A stretch of 64,000 bases of DNA from a virus (IMGVR_UViG_3300049044_000033:94796-158795); one strand, 5' to 3'. Positions 37,108-45,697 are shown, counted from the first letter of the stretch. The notes: a model not told the origin generated them from the letters alone. A program made the numbers and translations.

Positions 37108-37629
37108 ATGGCTACTGTCACTTTTCGTTTCGTTAAGCCTGATGCTTGGTATGGTAGGGTTATTTGCTGGAGGTTAGGCGAACCCTGGAGTCATGTCTCT
37201 ATCCTGTTTAGTGATTGTGCCTACAGTGCCGAGATACCAAGAATTCGTAAGCTTCCCCTGACCCATAAGAATGTCTCAATGCCGCCACGCGAGGGCAAGG
37301 ACATTGTGGTTCATGTTTCGGATGCCGATGAAGCAAAGATGCGCAAGTGGTGCGAAAGCAAAGTAGGCCAGTGGTATGACTTCCTCAGCCTATTTGGTTG
37401 GCTGCTTGGCTGGGAGTGGCTCCAGAGCAAGATGAATACCTACTGCTTTGAGTTTGTGAGGGAATGCTTGGAGCACATGGGCTGGCTCAAGCCTAATGAT
37501 GACCTCGTTAAGGGAAACAAGCTCATTGAGGATATAGACTGGCTTGTTGCCATACATGTGCTTAGTAGCAATGATAACGCTGAGAGGTCTTCTGAGGGTG
37601 CTGAAATCGTTGCCGTAACTTCACACTAA
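37108..37629 (+). CDS. Permuted papain-like (NlpC/P60, YaeF/YiiX-type) enzyme
   Basis: WSHV, G..YD, YCFEFV (His before Cys). Confidence 0.7.
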   Translation: MATVTFRFVKPDAWYGRVICWRLGEPWSHVSILFSDCAYSAEIPRIRKLPLTHKNVSMPPREGKDIVVHVSDADEAKMRKWCESKVGQWYDFLSLFGWLLGWEWLQSKMNTYCFEFVRECLEHMGWLKPNDDLVKGNKLIEDIDWLVAIHVLSSNDNAERSSEGAEIVAVTSH

Positions 37630-37654
37630 CGGTCAGCATCTTCATGGTACCTCC

Positions 37655-38164
37655 TTACAGGCTGCGGTCTGCGTCGTATTTTACTCGACGGACATTCATC
37701 TGAACTAACAGGTTGGACGACTCGGGCATTTCCTGATAGTTGAAGGAAACAAGCTGGTGATTCCGATAAAGGAAGCCCGGGAATTGTTTGGTGCGGAGTT
37801 CTATGGGAGTAGTGGAGAGCGCCTGACAACGTTCTAAAACAGGGATACGATCCTGGCATTCATACAGTATCGCATCAATCTCCATAACTTCCATAAAGTC
37901 TTTCGAGACGTTCTTGACTTCCACATCGACCCAAAACTCGGGCCGGGAAGAATAATCAGTTCGCTCGATCTTTGTTATGTTAAATTCATAACCCGACGAA
38001 TCAGTGCCGTCGATCCAAGTCTCGCTCCACGAGTCCTTGGCATATAGGAAGACGCCCCACAGCACCAATCCAATGATTATGAAACGGAAGATTCGGAAAG
38101 AGCAGAGGATACCCAAGAGGGCCCCGGCTACCATGAAGCCAAAAATGCTTCCATTTCTTTCCAT
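37655..38164 (-). CDS. Membrane-anchored hypothetical protein
   Basis: N-terminal TM segments; cassette RBS. Confidence 0.7.
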   Translation of the reverse strand: MERNGSIFGFMVAGALLGILCSFRIFRFIIIGLVLWGVFLYAKDSWSETWIDGTDSSGYEFNITKIERTDYSSRPEFWVDVEVKNVSKDFMEVMEIDAILYECQDRIPVLERCQALSTTPIELRTKQFPGFLYRNHQLVSFNYQEMPESSNLLVQMNVRRVKYDADRSL

Positions 38165-38224
38165 GTCCGATCTCCTGTCCTGTTTCGTAAGTAGACAATA
38201 AAACAGGATAGGAAATTGTCAACC
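38165..38224 (-). promoter_or_regulatory. Hairpin promoter/RBS cassette
   Basis: TTGACA; TCCTGTCCTGTTT/AAACAGGATAGGA IR at 38173-38213. Confidence 0.8.
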
Positions 38225-38237
38225 AGTTTGTCACAAA

Positions 38238-38268
38238 GAATCCCGCCAGCATTACACTAGCGGGATTC
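38238..38268 (-). terminator. Probable terminator
   Basis: GAATCCCGC/GCGGGATTC stem followed by TTT. Confidence 0.6.
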
Positions 38269-38287
38269 ATTCCTCTAGGCTTGTTGA

Positions 38288-38476
38288 CTACGCAGTCGCG
38301 CTCTGTGCAGATTGGGACTGCTGATTGGTCACCTCCAGCGGAGTACCTAGGGAATCTGAGCTCTTGAGAAGCTGTTGAGCTTGCTGAATTGCTGTCTGCT
38401 CGTCAGAAGCCTTGACAGTGAGGGTTGCAGTGTTCTGACCTTCATTGATGTTGAATTGGTAAGACTTCACTGTCAT
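38288..38476 (-). CDS. Small hypothetical protein (TAG stop)
   Basis: Start at MTVKSY after AGGAGATCGGAC. Confidence 0.65.
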   Translation of the reverse strand: MTVKSYQFNINEGQNTATLTVKASDEQTAIQQAQQLLKSSDSLGTPLEVTNQQSQSAQSATA

Positions 38477-38637
38477 GTCCGATCTCCTAACAAAATTGTT
38501 CGGTGCTGTTCTGCACATCAGCAAACTGCGCTTGTAAGACCCTCCAGTCAAATGGAAGCCAAAACAGGTAAGCGCAGAGCAATAACGTTTCATCCAATCA
38601 CAAGAATGGGCCCCGGAGGGCCCACCTTGTTGTCTAA

Positions 38638-39000
38638 TCAGCTGACTAGATTGAAATTCAGAGTCAATGCGCCGCCATTAGCGCCACTGATCTTGACATC
38701 ACTACCTAGACCCGCAGCAGCAATCTGATTCGCAAAATCTAAAATCTGTGACAATGGAATGCCATAAGCATCAGCGGCGATCGTGACCTCGGCAGTTGAA
38801 CCGTCGATCATCAGAGAATGCGAGTTCCAAAGATCCAAACCAGTCTTGCTCAAGATCAGCTTGATGTGCTTTTCCAAGTAGCTAGTGTCTTGATCTTCGT
38901 TCATATTAGACTCGTCATCAGCTTCAGCAGCCGTAGCTATACGCTCAACTTCATCATCGGGCAAGCCTGCATGTCGTAATAGGGTTCGATAGTCAGCCAT
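38638..39000 (-). CDS. Hypothetical protein
   Basis: GGAGG RBS. Confidence 0.7.
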   Translation of the reverse strand: MADYRTLLRHAGLPDDEVERIATAAEADDESNMNEDQDTSYLEKHIKLILSKTGLDLWNSHSLMIDGSTAEVTIAADAYGIPLSQILDFANQIAAAGLGSDVKISGANGGALTLNFNLVS

Positions 39001-39020
39001 TTTAGTCCTCCGTCGTCCAA

Positions 39021-39452
39021 TTACTTATCGGACTCCTTTGGCTTTGTGCGCTGATAGGTAGAGCTAGGAGTGCCCTCAGAAGCCTCACGAGCTTCGATAA
39101 TTGCCCGGTAGGCCTTGTAGGTTTCTCGCCCTTCCCACCAGTATTTGTTGTAACCTTGGCCGTTTAGCGGATCTTTACTGTGGTGGGCAAACAACTTGGG
39201 CCGTAGGCTCATGATCAAAGTTCGTAAGTCGGATAACCGCAAGCACTCTCCAACACTATGATCCATCTGACGAGCTGCCCAAGCATTGAGTTCATCCTCA
39301 GGGATCCTCGCAACTGTGCCCTCTTCAATCCAATATGCGATAAACGTGCGTTGGTATTCACGGTAGATCCGAATATGGACTGACGTATAGAGCGTCATGA
39401 GGTGCTGGTCAGAAAGACCACGGGCGAGAAGACGTAGTAGGAACTTTTTCAT
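39021..39452 (-). CDS. Hypothetical protein
   Basis: Leaderless hairpin promoter at 39453-39487. Confidence 0.7.
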   Translation of the reverse strand: MKKFLLRLLARGLSDQHLMTLYTSVHIRIYREYQRTFIAYWIEEGTVARIPEDELNAWAARQMDHSVGECLRLSDLRTLIMSLRPKLFAHHSKDPLNGQGYNKYWWEGRETYKAYRAIIEAREASEGTPSSTYQRTKPKESDK

Positions 39453-39492
39453 ACCATCCTCTTAGCGGGTTAAAGGAGGTATGTCAAAGACA

Positions 39493-39520
39493 GAAATGGG
39501 GTGGACTAGCCACCCCATTC
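39493..39520 (-). terminator. Probable terminator
   Basis: AATGGGGTGG/CCACCCCATT stem. Confidence 0.65.
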
Positions 39521-39537
39521 GTTAAAATCGACGATTG

Positions 39538-39903
39538 TTAGGCGTCGGTCTTTTCCGTGACCTCGACTTCCGCCTTGGCCGTCACGGCCACTTCTGCGCC
39601 ATCGACATTGTTGTCGGCGCCGGCTGCGGTCAGGGCGAACCAGCCATACTTGTCGGGACGCAGGCCGAAGGTCGAAGCATCCGCGATCGCATTGGAAGCG
39701 CTCATCTTCTCGACCAGCGAATCAGCGATCTCAACACTGAAGCCCTTGCTCTTCGAGCCCTTCAGGTCGACGAGGTGCGGCGAAGCCTTGCGGTCAGTGG
39801 GACGAACAAACATCACGCCATCCTTAACAGCGAGACGCAGCTTGGTGCCGCTGCGAGCCGAGAGGGCGCCTGATGCCTGGGAATTGAAAGTCAAAATACG
39901 CAT
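39538..39903 (-). CDS. Hypothetical protein; paralog of 43247..43540
   Basis: ILT.NS...VKD..F.RPT.R...DKYGWFAL; strong GC3 codon bias. Confidence 0.8.
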   Translation of the reverse strand: MRILTFNSQASGALSARSGTKLRLAVKDGVMFVRPTDRKASPHLVDLKGSKSKGFSVEIADSLVEKMSASNAIADASTFGLRPDKYGWFALTAAGADNNVDGAEVAVTAKAEVEVTEKTDA

Positions 39904-40133
39904 TTACCGATCTCCTTCTACAGCGCCGCGACCATGCGTTGCTGTTGCTTTCCAACTTAATGGATAGGATCCAAACGTCAACATCAAAGACCAAGAAAAC
40001 TTGAAATTTTTGGAATAGGTTAAGCCTGTCTTGAGCAAGAAATCAATGATTTCAACAGGTTATGTAATCATTACGCTTGCCTAGTGTAGGCGAAAAAGAT
40101 TTATTAGGTGATGTCTAGTCAAGCATTCATGGT

Positions 40134-40162
40134 TTTGGCCCGGAATGACTTCCCGGGCCAAA
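40134..40162 (-). terminator. Stem-loop terminator
   Basis: TTTTGGCCCGG...CCGGGCCAAAA. Confidence 0.65.
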
Positions 40163-40166
40163 GTTG

Positions 40167-40529
40167 TTAGCGGCAGTTGCGGTCGATTGAGCGACCAGCA
40201 AGGGCGCCGGCACCAGCGCCAAGGATCGTGCCAGTTGCGCGATCACCTTCCGTGTCGATGGAACGTCCCAACAGACCGCCAGCTATTGCGCCCAGAACCG
40301 TGCCGGTCGAGCCGCTGCGGCAACGCTCGCGATAACCATAACGATATGGACCGCGACGATCATAACGATCATAGTCGCGATAGCGGTAGTCTCGGTATCC
40401 GCGATAATCCCGATAGTCACGATCATAATAGCCGCGATCATGATGGTGTCGATAACCATGACGGGCTTCAGCAGCAACCGGAGCCAAGACAGCAAGACTT
40501 GCCAACAGGCCAAGAACAATCTTCTTCAT
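40167..40529 (-). CDS. Glycine-zipper 2TM (17-kDa-antigen-like) secreted protein with Arg/Asp/Tyr repeat
   Basis: Signal peptide; RCRSGSTGTVLGAIAGGLLGRSID...GTILGAGAGALAGRSIDRNCR. Confidence 0.85.
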   Translation of the reverse strand: MKKIVLGLLASLAVLAPVAAEARHGYRHHHDRGYYDRDYRDYRGYRDYRYRDYDRYDRRGPYRYGYRERCRSGSTGTVLGAIAGGLLGRSIDTEGDRATGTILGAGAGALAGRSIDRNCR

Positions 40530-40592
40530 AATTCCCTCCTTTGTAACTTGACCTACTATATAACAGGTCGACTATTAACCAAACCTGTATGG

Positions 40593-41081
40593 TTACTTCT
40601 TTTTCTTCTTAGTGGACTTTGCCTGCTCCGCGCGGATTTCTTCGGCTTGTTTGTCCAAATCTTTCAGATGTTGATTGAACAGATAGCTTTGGATGCCTGC
40701 TTCCATAATATGTTGTTCCGGCGGCATTAGGGAAACCGCACCGTCCCGGAGTTGCTCTGCTGCTCGCGTGTCGTAGTAGGGCAGAGGAATGTCTGCTTCA
40801 CCATTACCTTCTTCTTGCCCGGAGAGATCATGATCAAGCATGACCACAAGGCTGTAGACTTCATCGTCGCCCGGAGTCACATGAGCAATACCAGTCGAAA
40901 TGCCATGACGAGCCTCGCCATCAAGAGCCTTATTGAGAGCATCTCGGAGAGCCTCAAGACCTTTTCGTCCGCCGATGATATAGGCGTTGTGATGAAACGA
41001 CTTCTGTGGGAAGATTCCCACAATCTTGTCCTGGGCTTCGTGATAATAGTGCTGACTATCAACCCATCCATCAAGTTCCAT
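40593..41081 (-). CDS. Hypothetical protein
   Basis: H.NAYIIG...GL.ALRD...D.E.Y.L...LPYYD; AAAGGTG RBS. Confidence 0.7.
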   Translation of the reverse strand: MELDGWVDSQHYYHEAQDKIVGIFPQKSFHHNAYIIGGRKGLEALRDALNKALDGEARHGISTGIAHVTPGDDEVYSLVVMLDHDLSGQEEGNGEADIPLPYYDTRAAEQLRDGAVSLMPPEQHIMEAGIQSYLFNQHLKDLDKQAEEIRAEQAKSTKKKKK

Positions 41082-41134
41082 TAGTCACCTTTTAATATTG
41101 ATTGCGTGTTGGCTCCTATGTATAACAAGGACAG

Positions 41135-41432
41135 TTAGAGAGCAAGTCCGAAATGGCATACTCCCTAATTAGACTAGCATCCCTGCTCAGTGGGCCCTTT
41201 CAATTAGGGTGACAAATTGAACGTTGTCTGGCCATCGTTAAAGCCCAGGGCTTAATGGGATTGAGCTTATCAATCCTGGGTGTGGGGATCACCGGATTCC
41301 CCTAGCACGCTCATTGCTATAAGGGGCGAAGTTTAGTCACCTTCTAAAACGTGACTGCGGGGCAATCCGCCGAAGGCAACGTACCTTCTAGAACCGGGTA
41401 ATAGTTTAGTCAGCTATTACCCGGTTCGCTTT
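41135..41432 (+). ncRNA. Candidate ~300-nt structured ncRNA
   Basis: TTGATT/TATAAC promoter at ~41098-41126, consecutive hairpins, no long ORF, ends at a 14-bp stem plus U-tract. Confidence 0.5.
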
Positions 41433-41433
41433 T
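41391..41433 (+). terminator. Terminator between convergent units
   Basis: GAACCGGGTAATAG/CTATTACCCGGTTC followed by GCTTTT. Confidence 0.75.
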
Positions 41434-41608
41434 ATCGCATTGCGTTCATTGTTGCGTTTGTGAGTATAGCAGCGGTTTGATCCATGGTATCTCGTCTTAC
41501 AGCTTGGTTACCAGTATCTATCTTATGAAGTTCGTTCTTGATGAACTTGAAGATACCTATTGCTCGAGAAGCTGAAGCTTCGTCAGTTTCACTGATAATA
41601 TTTGACAT
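41432..41608 (-). CDS. Hypothetical protein (58 aa, not in ORF track)
   Basis: MSNIISETDEASASRAIGIFKFIKNELHKIDTGNQAVRRDTMDQTAAILTNATMNAMR. Confidence 0.45.
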   Translation of the reverse strand: MSNIISETDEASASRAIGIFKFIKNELHKIDTGNQAVRRDTMDQTAAILTNATMNAMR

Positions 41609-41629
41609 AAATTTCTCATAAATAGAAGT

Positions 41630-41721
41630 GACAGAGACGCCTAATTGGTATGGGCGCTTTCACACATCGGGCAGGCGTATCCAGTGAAAGAGTGTAGAGG
41701 GTTCAAATCCCTTCCCTGTCA
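41630..41721 (+). tRNA. tRNA-like RNA with non-canonical, expanded anticodon loop (undetermined/pseudo)
   Basis: Acceptor GACAGAG/CCCTGTC-A, D arm GCCT-AATTGGTAT-GGGC, stem CTTTC/GAAAG with 24-nt loop, T arm GAGGG-TTCAAAT-CCCTT. Confidence 0.65.
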
Positions 41722-42018
41722 CATATAGAAGTCTTCTCGGGGTCCAATATCAGAGAATGAAGGACCATCCGGGAGCAATGTTAACATCACTTGCGGAGAA
41801 GCAAAGTTCGGTTGATCTTCGGCTGTGACCTTAATTGACCAAGCCCGATCCAGGATATAATAATTTTCACCGTTGATGAAAATGTATTCGCCCTTTGGCG
41901 GAACACAATCCATCATCGTTTCACCAAGGCTGATAAACCGACCAGCATTAGTGCCGTCACGCTTCATCTCTCGATGTGTGCGTTCGCGCCGGAAATGCAC
42001 TACCGTGGGATAGCTCAC
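41719..42018 (-). CDS. Hypothetical protein
   Basis: GTGA coupling. Confidence 0.65.
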   Translation of the reverse strand: MSYPTVVHFRRERTHREMKRDGTNAGRFISLGETMMDCVPPKGEYIFINGENYYILDRAWSIKVTAEDQPNFASPQVMLTLLPDGPSFSDIGPREDFYM

Positions 42019-42242
42019 GAGGCAAAATCCGGATCAATGGCTCGGGGCTCTTCCTTAGCAGCATCAAAGCCTAGCCGATAGTCGGACGAGCCACTTTCAT
42101 ATCGACTGTAGAGTTCAGAATGACCTTCGCCATAATAGCGGAGACCATCAAGACGTCCGGTCTGATATTCGACTTGGTTGACTGGTCGGGCGGTTTGTGA
42201 GAGCATCTTGTTCATGAGTCGATGATATGTCCTATCGGGCAA
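42015..42242 (-). CDS. Hypothetical protein
   Basis: EYQTG...DYRLGFDAA; similar to the tail of 14128..14412. Confidence 0.6.
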   Translation of the reverse strand: MPDRTYHRLMNKMLSQTARPVNQVEYQTGRLDGLRYYGEGHSELYSRYESGSSDYRLGFDAAKEEPRAIDPDFAS

Positions 42243-42492
42243 TTGTCAAGTCCCTGCTATAACGAGTGCCTTCACGATCTCCAAAGATGATCAGACCATG
42301 GGCAAAGACAGAGAACATATCCCAGTCGTCGCGGTTCTTCGCTTCCAAATAGGCAAGGCGGAAAACGCCATCATCCTTGACAAAACGCGGATCAGTTGCA
42401 GGGAAAGAGACCTCGCCGATAATCTTCCCTCCCCTATAGAGGGAAACGGTATGCGCCGAAGCCATCGAGCGAGGTCGAACAAGACGTTCCAT
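42232..42492 (-). CDS. Hypothetical protein (TAG stop); paralog of 42875..43144
   Basis: G..IG......D.RF..D pattern. Confidence 0.65.
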   Translation of the reverse strand: MERLVRPRSMASAHTVSLYRGGKIIGEVSFPATDPRFVKDDGVFRLAYLEAKNRDDWDMFSVFAHGLIIFGDREGTRYSRDLTIAR

Positions 42493-42806
42493 TATCGGAC
42501 CTCCACTTCCACAGCTTCATAGCTGACATTCGCAACATCGGAATAGTTTTCCTCGTCAAAGCGTTCTTTGTCAACTTGGATGATCTTCTTCATCCATTCC
42601 ATGTAGTTGGTAGAATTGACGACCGAATTGTCTACCGGCCTCGTGTGACGCTCGCGCAGAGCATGACGGGCCGCCTCAAGTTCAGCCGTTGCTGCCTCAA
42701 CCCAAGAACGAGCAAGTTCTTCCTTGTCCGTTGCGAAAACAAGTTCAGTAGTTTCGCCGCCACATTCATAGCAGCCAATGTCATGCTTGCGAATCACTAG
42801 AAACAT
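42492..42806 (-). CDS. Hypothetical protein
   Basis: Cassette RBS; GCYECG. Confidence 0.75.
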   Translation of the reverse strand: MFLVIRKHDIGCYECGGETTELVFATDKEELARSWVEAATAELEAARHALRERHTRPVDNSVVNSTNYMEWMKKIIQVDKERFDEENYSDVANVSYEAVEVEVR

Positions 42807-42874
42807 TTTCGATCTCCTGTTGTTAATTCTGGGTATAAGTCCAGAATCCTATTTGTCAACAGGAAATCCACCTA

Positions 42875-43144
42875 TTAGGAGAGACGTCCGAAACGGCCAA
42901 TAGGAATGGTCAGATGAGGATTGACTTCAATCTCTGCCGTGTCCCATTCGGGAACATCACTATCGTCGACACGACGGCTATATTGGGTACGAAGTGCAAT
43001 ATAACGCATGACCTTACCGACGATCTCATCCTCGTCGATGAAACGCTGATCAACAGGTGCCATATCAAGCTGGCCTACGTATTCGTCGCCTTTCTTGAAC
43101 TTAATCTTCATACCATGGTGTTGTTTGCGACGATCATTAATCAT
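42875..43144 (-). CDS. Hypothetical protein; paralog of 42232..42492
   Basis: G..VG......DQRFIDED. Confidence 0.65.
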   Translation of the reverse strand: MINDRRKQHHGMKIKFKKGDEYVGQLDMAPVDQRFIDEDEIVGKVMRYIALRTQYSRRVDDSDVPEWDTAEIEVNPHLTIPIGRFGRLS

Positions 43145-43246
43145 TATGTCTTTGAACCCTATGTATCTTCCTGTTGCCTCCTTTTAGTCATGATTACGGC
43201 GCCAGTCAATACCAGCGCCGTAATAAAGTTGGGTTGGGATCGCTTT

Positions 43247-43540
43247 TTAGGCGATCTTGACCGCCGGACCGCGACCCTGATGACCCGGAACCAGGGCAAA
43301 CCAGCCATACTTGTCAGCGCGGATGCTGTAGGTGCCGGCCGGCTGTTCCATGCCTTCGAGCTCGATCTTGCCGCCGTTCAGTGGGACCAGGCGTTCGGTC
43401 GACTTGTCTAGGTTCACTGCGGAACCACGATGCGTCGGCCGAATGAAGAGCATATTGTCCTTCACATGAGCGCGGATCTTCTGTGCGCCCGAGAAACGAT
43501 CCAGAGCGCGAGCTGCGCTATTCAGAGTAAGAATTGCCAT
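43247..43540 (-). CDS. Hypothetical protein; paralog of 39538..39903
   Basis: ILTLNS...VKDNMLFIRPTHR...DKYGWFAL. Confidence 0.8.
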   Translation of the reverse strand: MAILTLNSAARALDRFSGAQKIRAHVKDNMLFIRPTHRGSAVNLDKSTERLVPLNGGKIELEGMEQPAGTYSIRADKYGWFALVPGHQGRGPAVKIA

Positions 43541-43822
43541 TTTCGATCTACCTTCTGTTCACTGTTCAGTTACAGGAGCGGGATTGCCCCTGCTTGTGAA
43601 CAGCGAAACTTGCCGTTCACAGCCTGAATATATGTAACAGATTTTATTTGTCAACACCGCCTCGAGCAGATTCCTACGATTTTCTGCTGTTTTGACGGGG
43701 TGTCAAGCAAAAAAGTCAAGGATTACTGTGGTTTTTACACCTAAAAATTTTTAGATTTTTCTTGCCCTATACAACAGATATACTACGTTGCAGGTATATT
43801 TCAAGAGGGTGAAAGCCTTTTT

Positions 43823-44206
43823 ATGACCCAAAGTTCAATGTCAGAGTTGATGAAATTCACGACTGACGAAGAGATCGATGCCTATATTATTAAGCATGCC
43901 AAACACTTCACAGTAGTTCAGATGAACCTTGGTGGCTTTGTGAATGGCAGCAGAAACTATCTACATCATGTTGCTGACACAGTTGACAAAGCCAGAGACA
44001 TGGCTAGGTCAATATATGACTCTGATGTAAATCGTCGCGGTATAGTGATCTATGCTGTTGCGGATATAGGCTACGTGAAAAACATGAGCAGACCGGTCGA
44101 AACCTACCCGGCCATGAAGCCCTATTTGAGCAGAGCTGCTAGAGCCCAATTGGAAAAAGACAAACGCGCCTTAGAGCGTCAATCAAAGCGCAAAAGTAAG
44201 AGCTAG
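43823..44206 (+). CDS. Hypothetical protein (TAG stop)
   Basis: Divergent promoter region upstream; 127 aa. Confidence 0.65.
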   Translation: MTQSSMSELMKFTTDEEIDAYIIKHAKHFTVVQMNLGGFVNGSRNYLHHVADTVDKARDMARSIYDSDVNRRGIVIYAVADIGYVKNMSRPVETYPAMKPYLSRAARAQLEKDKRALERQSKRKSKS

Positions 44207-44268
44207 ATGCTATTACCCTGCAGCATTTTTACTTGCTAGCAGGGCTTCCTAGGGCAGACTAGATACTA

Positions 44269-44637
44269 TTAAACCTGCGATAGTTTCTTAGCAGCTTTGT
44301 ATTCCCTGCGAACCTTCAACAACACGTCTTTGTCCTCTTGTGTGAGTTGACCTTGTCGACTCAGTTCCTCACAACGCGCCCGCTCTGCTTGATACTTTTG
44401 AAAAAGTGGAGTGAGGAAAACATCATCTTCCTCGGGAGGGACTTCAAGATTAATCGAGGAACTTTTGATGATCTCATGCCAAGGACGGCCTACGAATCCT
44501 TGTCCCAACATACCACTGTCTACGAGGGCCTGAAAGCCTTGGCTAATGGGCATATCAGCCATAGGACCAAGCTCTTTTAGTGTGAACACACTGTCAGCAA
44601 TGAAAAAGAGTATATGGTCACTGAGCAGTTTGGACAT
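44269..44637 (-). CDS. Hypothetical protein
   Basis: Start at MSKLLS after AGGTG. Confidence 0.6.
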   Translation of the reverse strand: MSKLLSDHILFFIADSVFTLKELGPMADMPISQGFQALVDSGMLGQGFVGRPWHEIIKSSSINLEVPPEEDDVFLTPLFQKYQAERARCEELSRQGQLTQEDKDVLLKVRREYKAAKKLSQV

Positions 44638-44650
44638 GTGTTCACCTAAA

Positions 44651-44694
44651 TTGACTATAGGGTTAGTATGGACGTATTCTAACCTATATGTCAA
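44651..44694. promoter_or_regulatory. Palindromic face-to-face bidirectional promoter
   Basis: TTGACTATAGGGTTAG...CTAACCTATATGTCAA with a TTGAC -35 at each end. Confidence 0.65.
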
Positions 44695-45014
44695 ATCAGA
44701 ACACAAGCATTTACGTTATTGGTCCAGAGGGTGGTCCATTTAAGATCGGCTATAGCGCCAGCCCTAGTCACAGACTTTCCAGCCTACAGACTGGAACGAC
44801 TGAATACCTTATGCTTCATTATAGTGAAGAGACATCTACCGAGAAGGCAAAGGTCATCGAGAAGATGATTCATCGGACCCTTGGTCACAAGAGGATTAGA
44901 GGAGAGTGGTTTGCTGTAACCCTCGAGGAAGCAATCGCAGAGGTCAAGTTCGCATTCATGACATGGGAGGGAGAAGATGACCTCGCCCTCCGATTCAAGC
45001 ACAAGCTAATTTAG
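44688..45014 (+). CDS. GIY-YIG/T5orf172-family protein
   Basis: IYVIG....FKIGYS..P..RL..LQTG...E..IH..L...RIRGEWF. Confidence 0.85.
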   Translation: MSNQNTSIYVIGPEGGPFKIGYSASPSHRLSSLQTGTTEYLMLHYSEETSTEKAKVIEKMIHRTLGHKRIRGEWFAVTLEEAIAEVKFAFMTWEGEDDLALRFKHKLI

Positions 45015-45248
45015 GATAAGATATCCTAAAAGTATGATAATGACCACTTTGAGCAAATCTGAGACCGTATCCCATTTGCTCCGAGTAATCACAATCTCAA
45101 GGGGTGAACCACATTCGTCAGTGATCTGCTGTTTCAGCTTATTGGTCGCAAGACCAGAGCCGAAATAAACGTAGAGGTTCACCCCAGTGTAAGCAACAAT
45201 CGCGAAGCCCACTATGACCTTCGCGATTATCACAATAGCGTCCATCAA
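45006..45248 (-). CDS. Small two-TM protein (TAG stop)
   Basis: Two hydrophobic helices. Confidence 0.65.
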   Translation of the reverse strand: MMDAIVIIAKVIVGFAIVAYTGVNLYVYFGSGLATNKLKQQITDECGSPLEIVITRSKWDTVSDLLKVVIIILLGYLILN

Positions 45249-45697
45249 GCCGACAGCGCCTGCTTCACGACCGCACTAGCCTTTGCCTTGTCGAGCGAGG
45301 TTCCGAACGTGACTGCCAGGTGGGCCATTACGCTGCCCATCTGCTTCATCGTCTTCTCCGGCAGAGTTGCGATGAACGTTTCGGCTTCGCCACGAATCTC
45401 ATCTTCGCTTGCCATCTTAGGCAGGAGCGCCTCGAGGACTTCCAGTTCCCGCAGGCTCTTCTCGTCAGTGGGCGCGAGTGCCAGAGTGTCACGAACCTGC
45501 TTGATAGCCTTCTGGATAGCCCGCAGAGCATCTTCGTCATCGGCCTTGACCGTCGACAGGTCTGCGCCAGCCTTGATCGCACGTTCCTTTGCGTTCGCAG
45601 TAGCCAGTGCCTGAACCGCCTGGAACGAGCCGGCGAGCGGATCGCGGGTCTTCCGCAGCTCGAGGGTTTTCGCGTTCAACGCGGCGAGAATGCTCAC
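45245..45697 (-). CDS. GatB/YqeY domain protein
   Basis: IQKAIKQ.....E...ELEVLEALLPK..SEDEI...MKQMGSVM..L.......D...S..VK..L. Confidence 0.85.
   Translation of the reverse strand: MSILAALNAKTLELRKTRDPLAGSFQAVQALATANAKERAIKAGADLSTVKADDEDALRAIQKAIKQVRDTLALAPTDEKSLRELEVLEALLPKMASEDEIRGEAETFIATLPEKTMKQMGSVMAHLAVTFGTSLDKAKASAVVKQALSA

Noticed and set aside
41135-41432. RNase P RNA, tmRNA or group I intron identity for the structured region
   Set aside because: GAGCAAGTCCG lacks a P4 partner; no T-arm/CCA or tag frame; AAGTTTAGTC has no correctly placed P7 partner and no flanking exons
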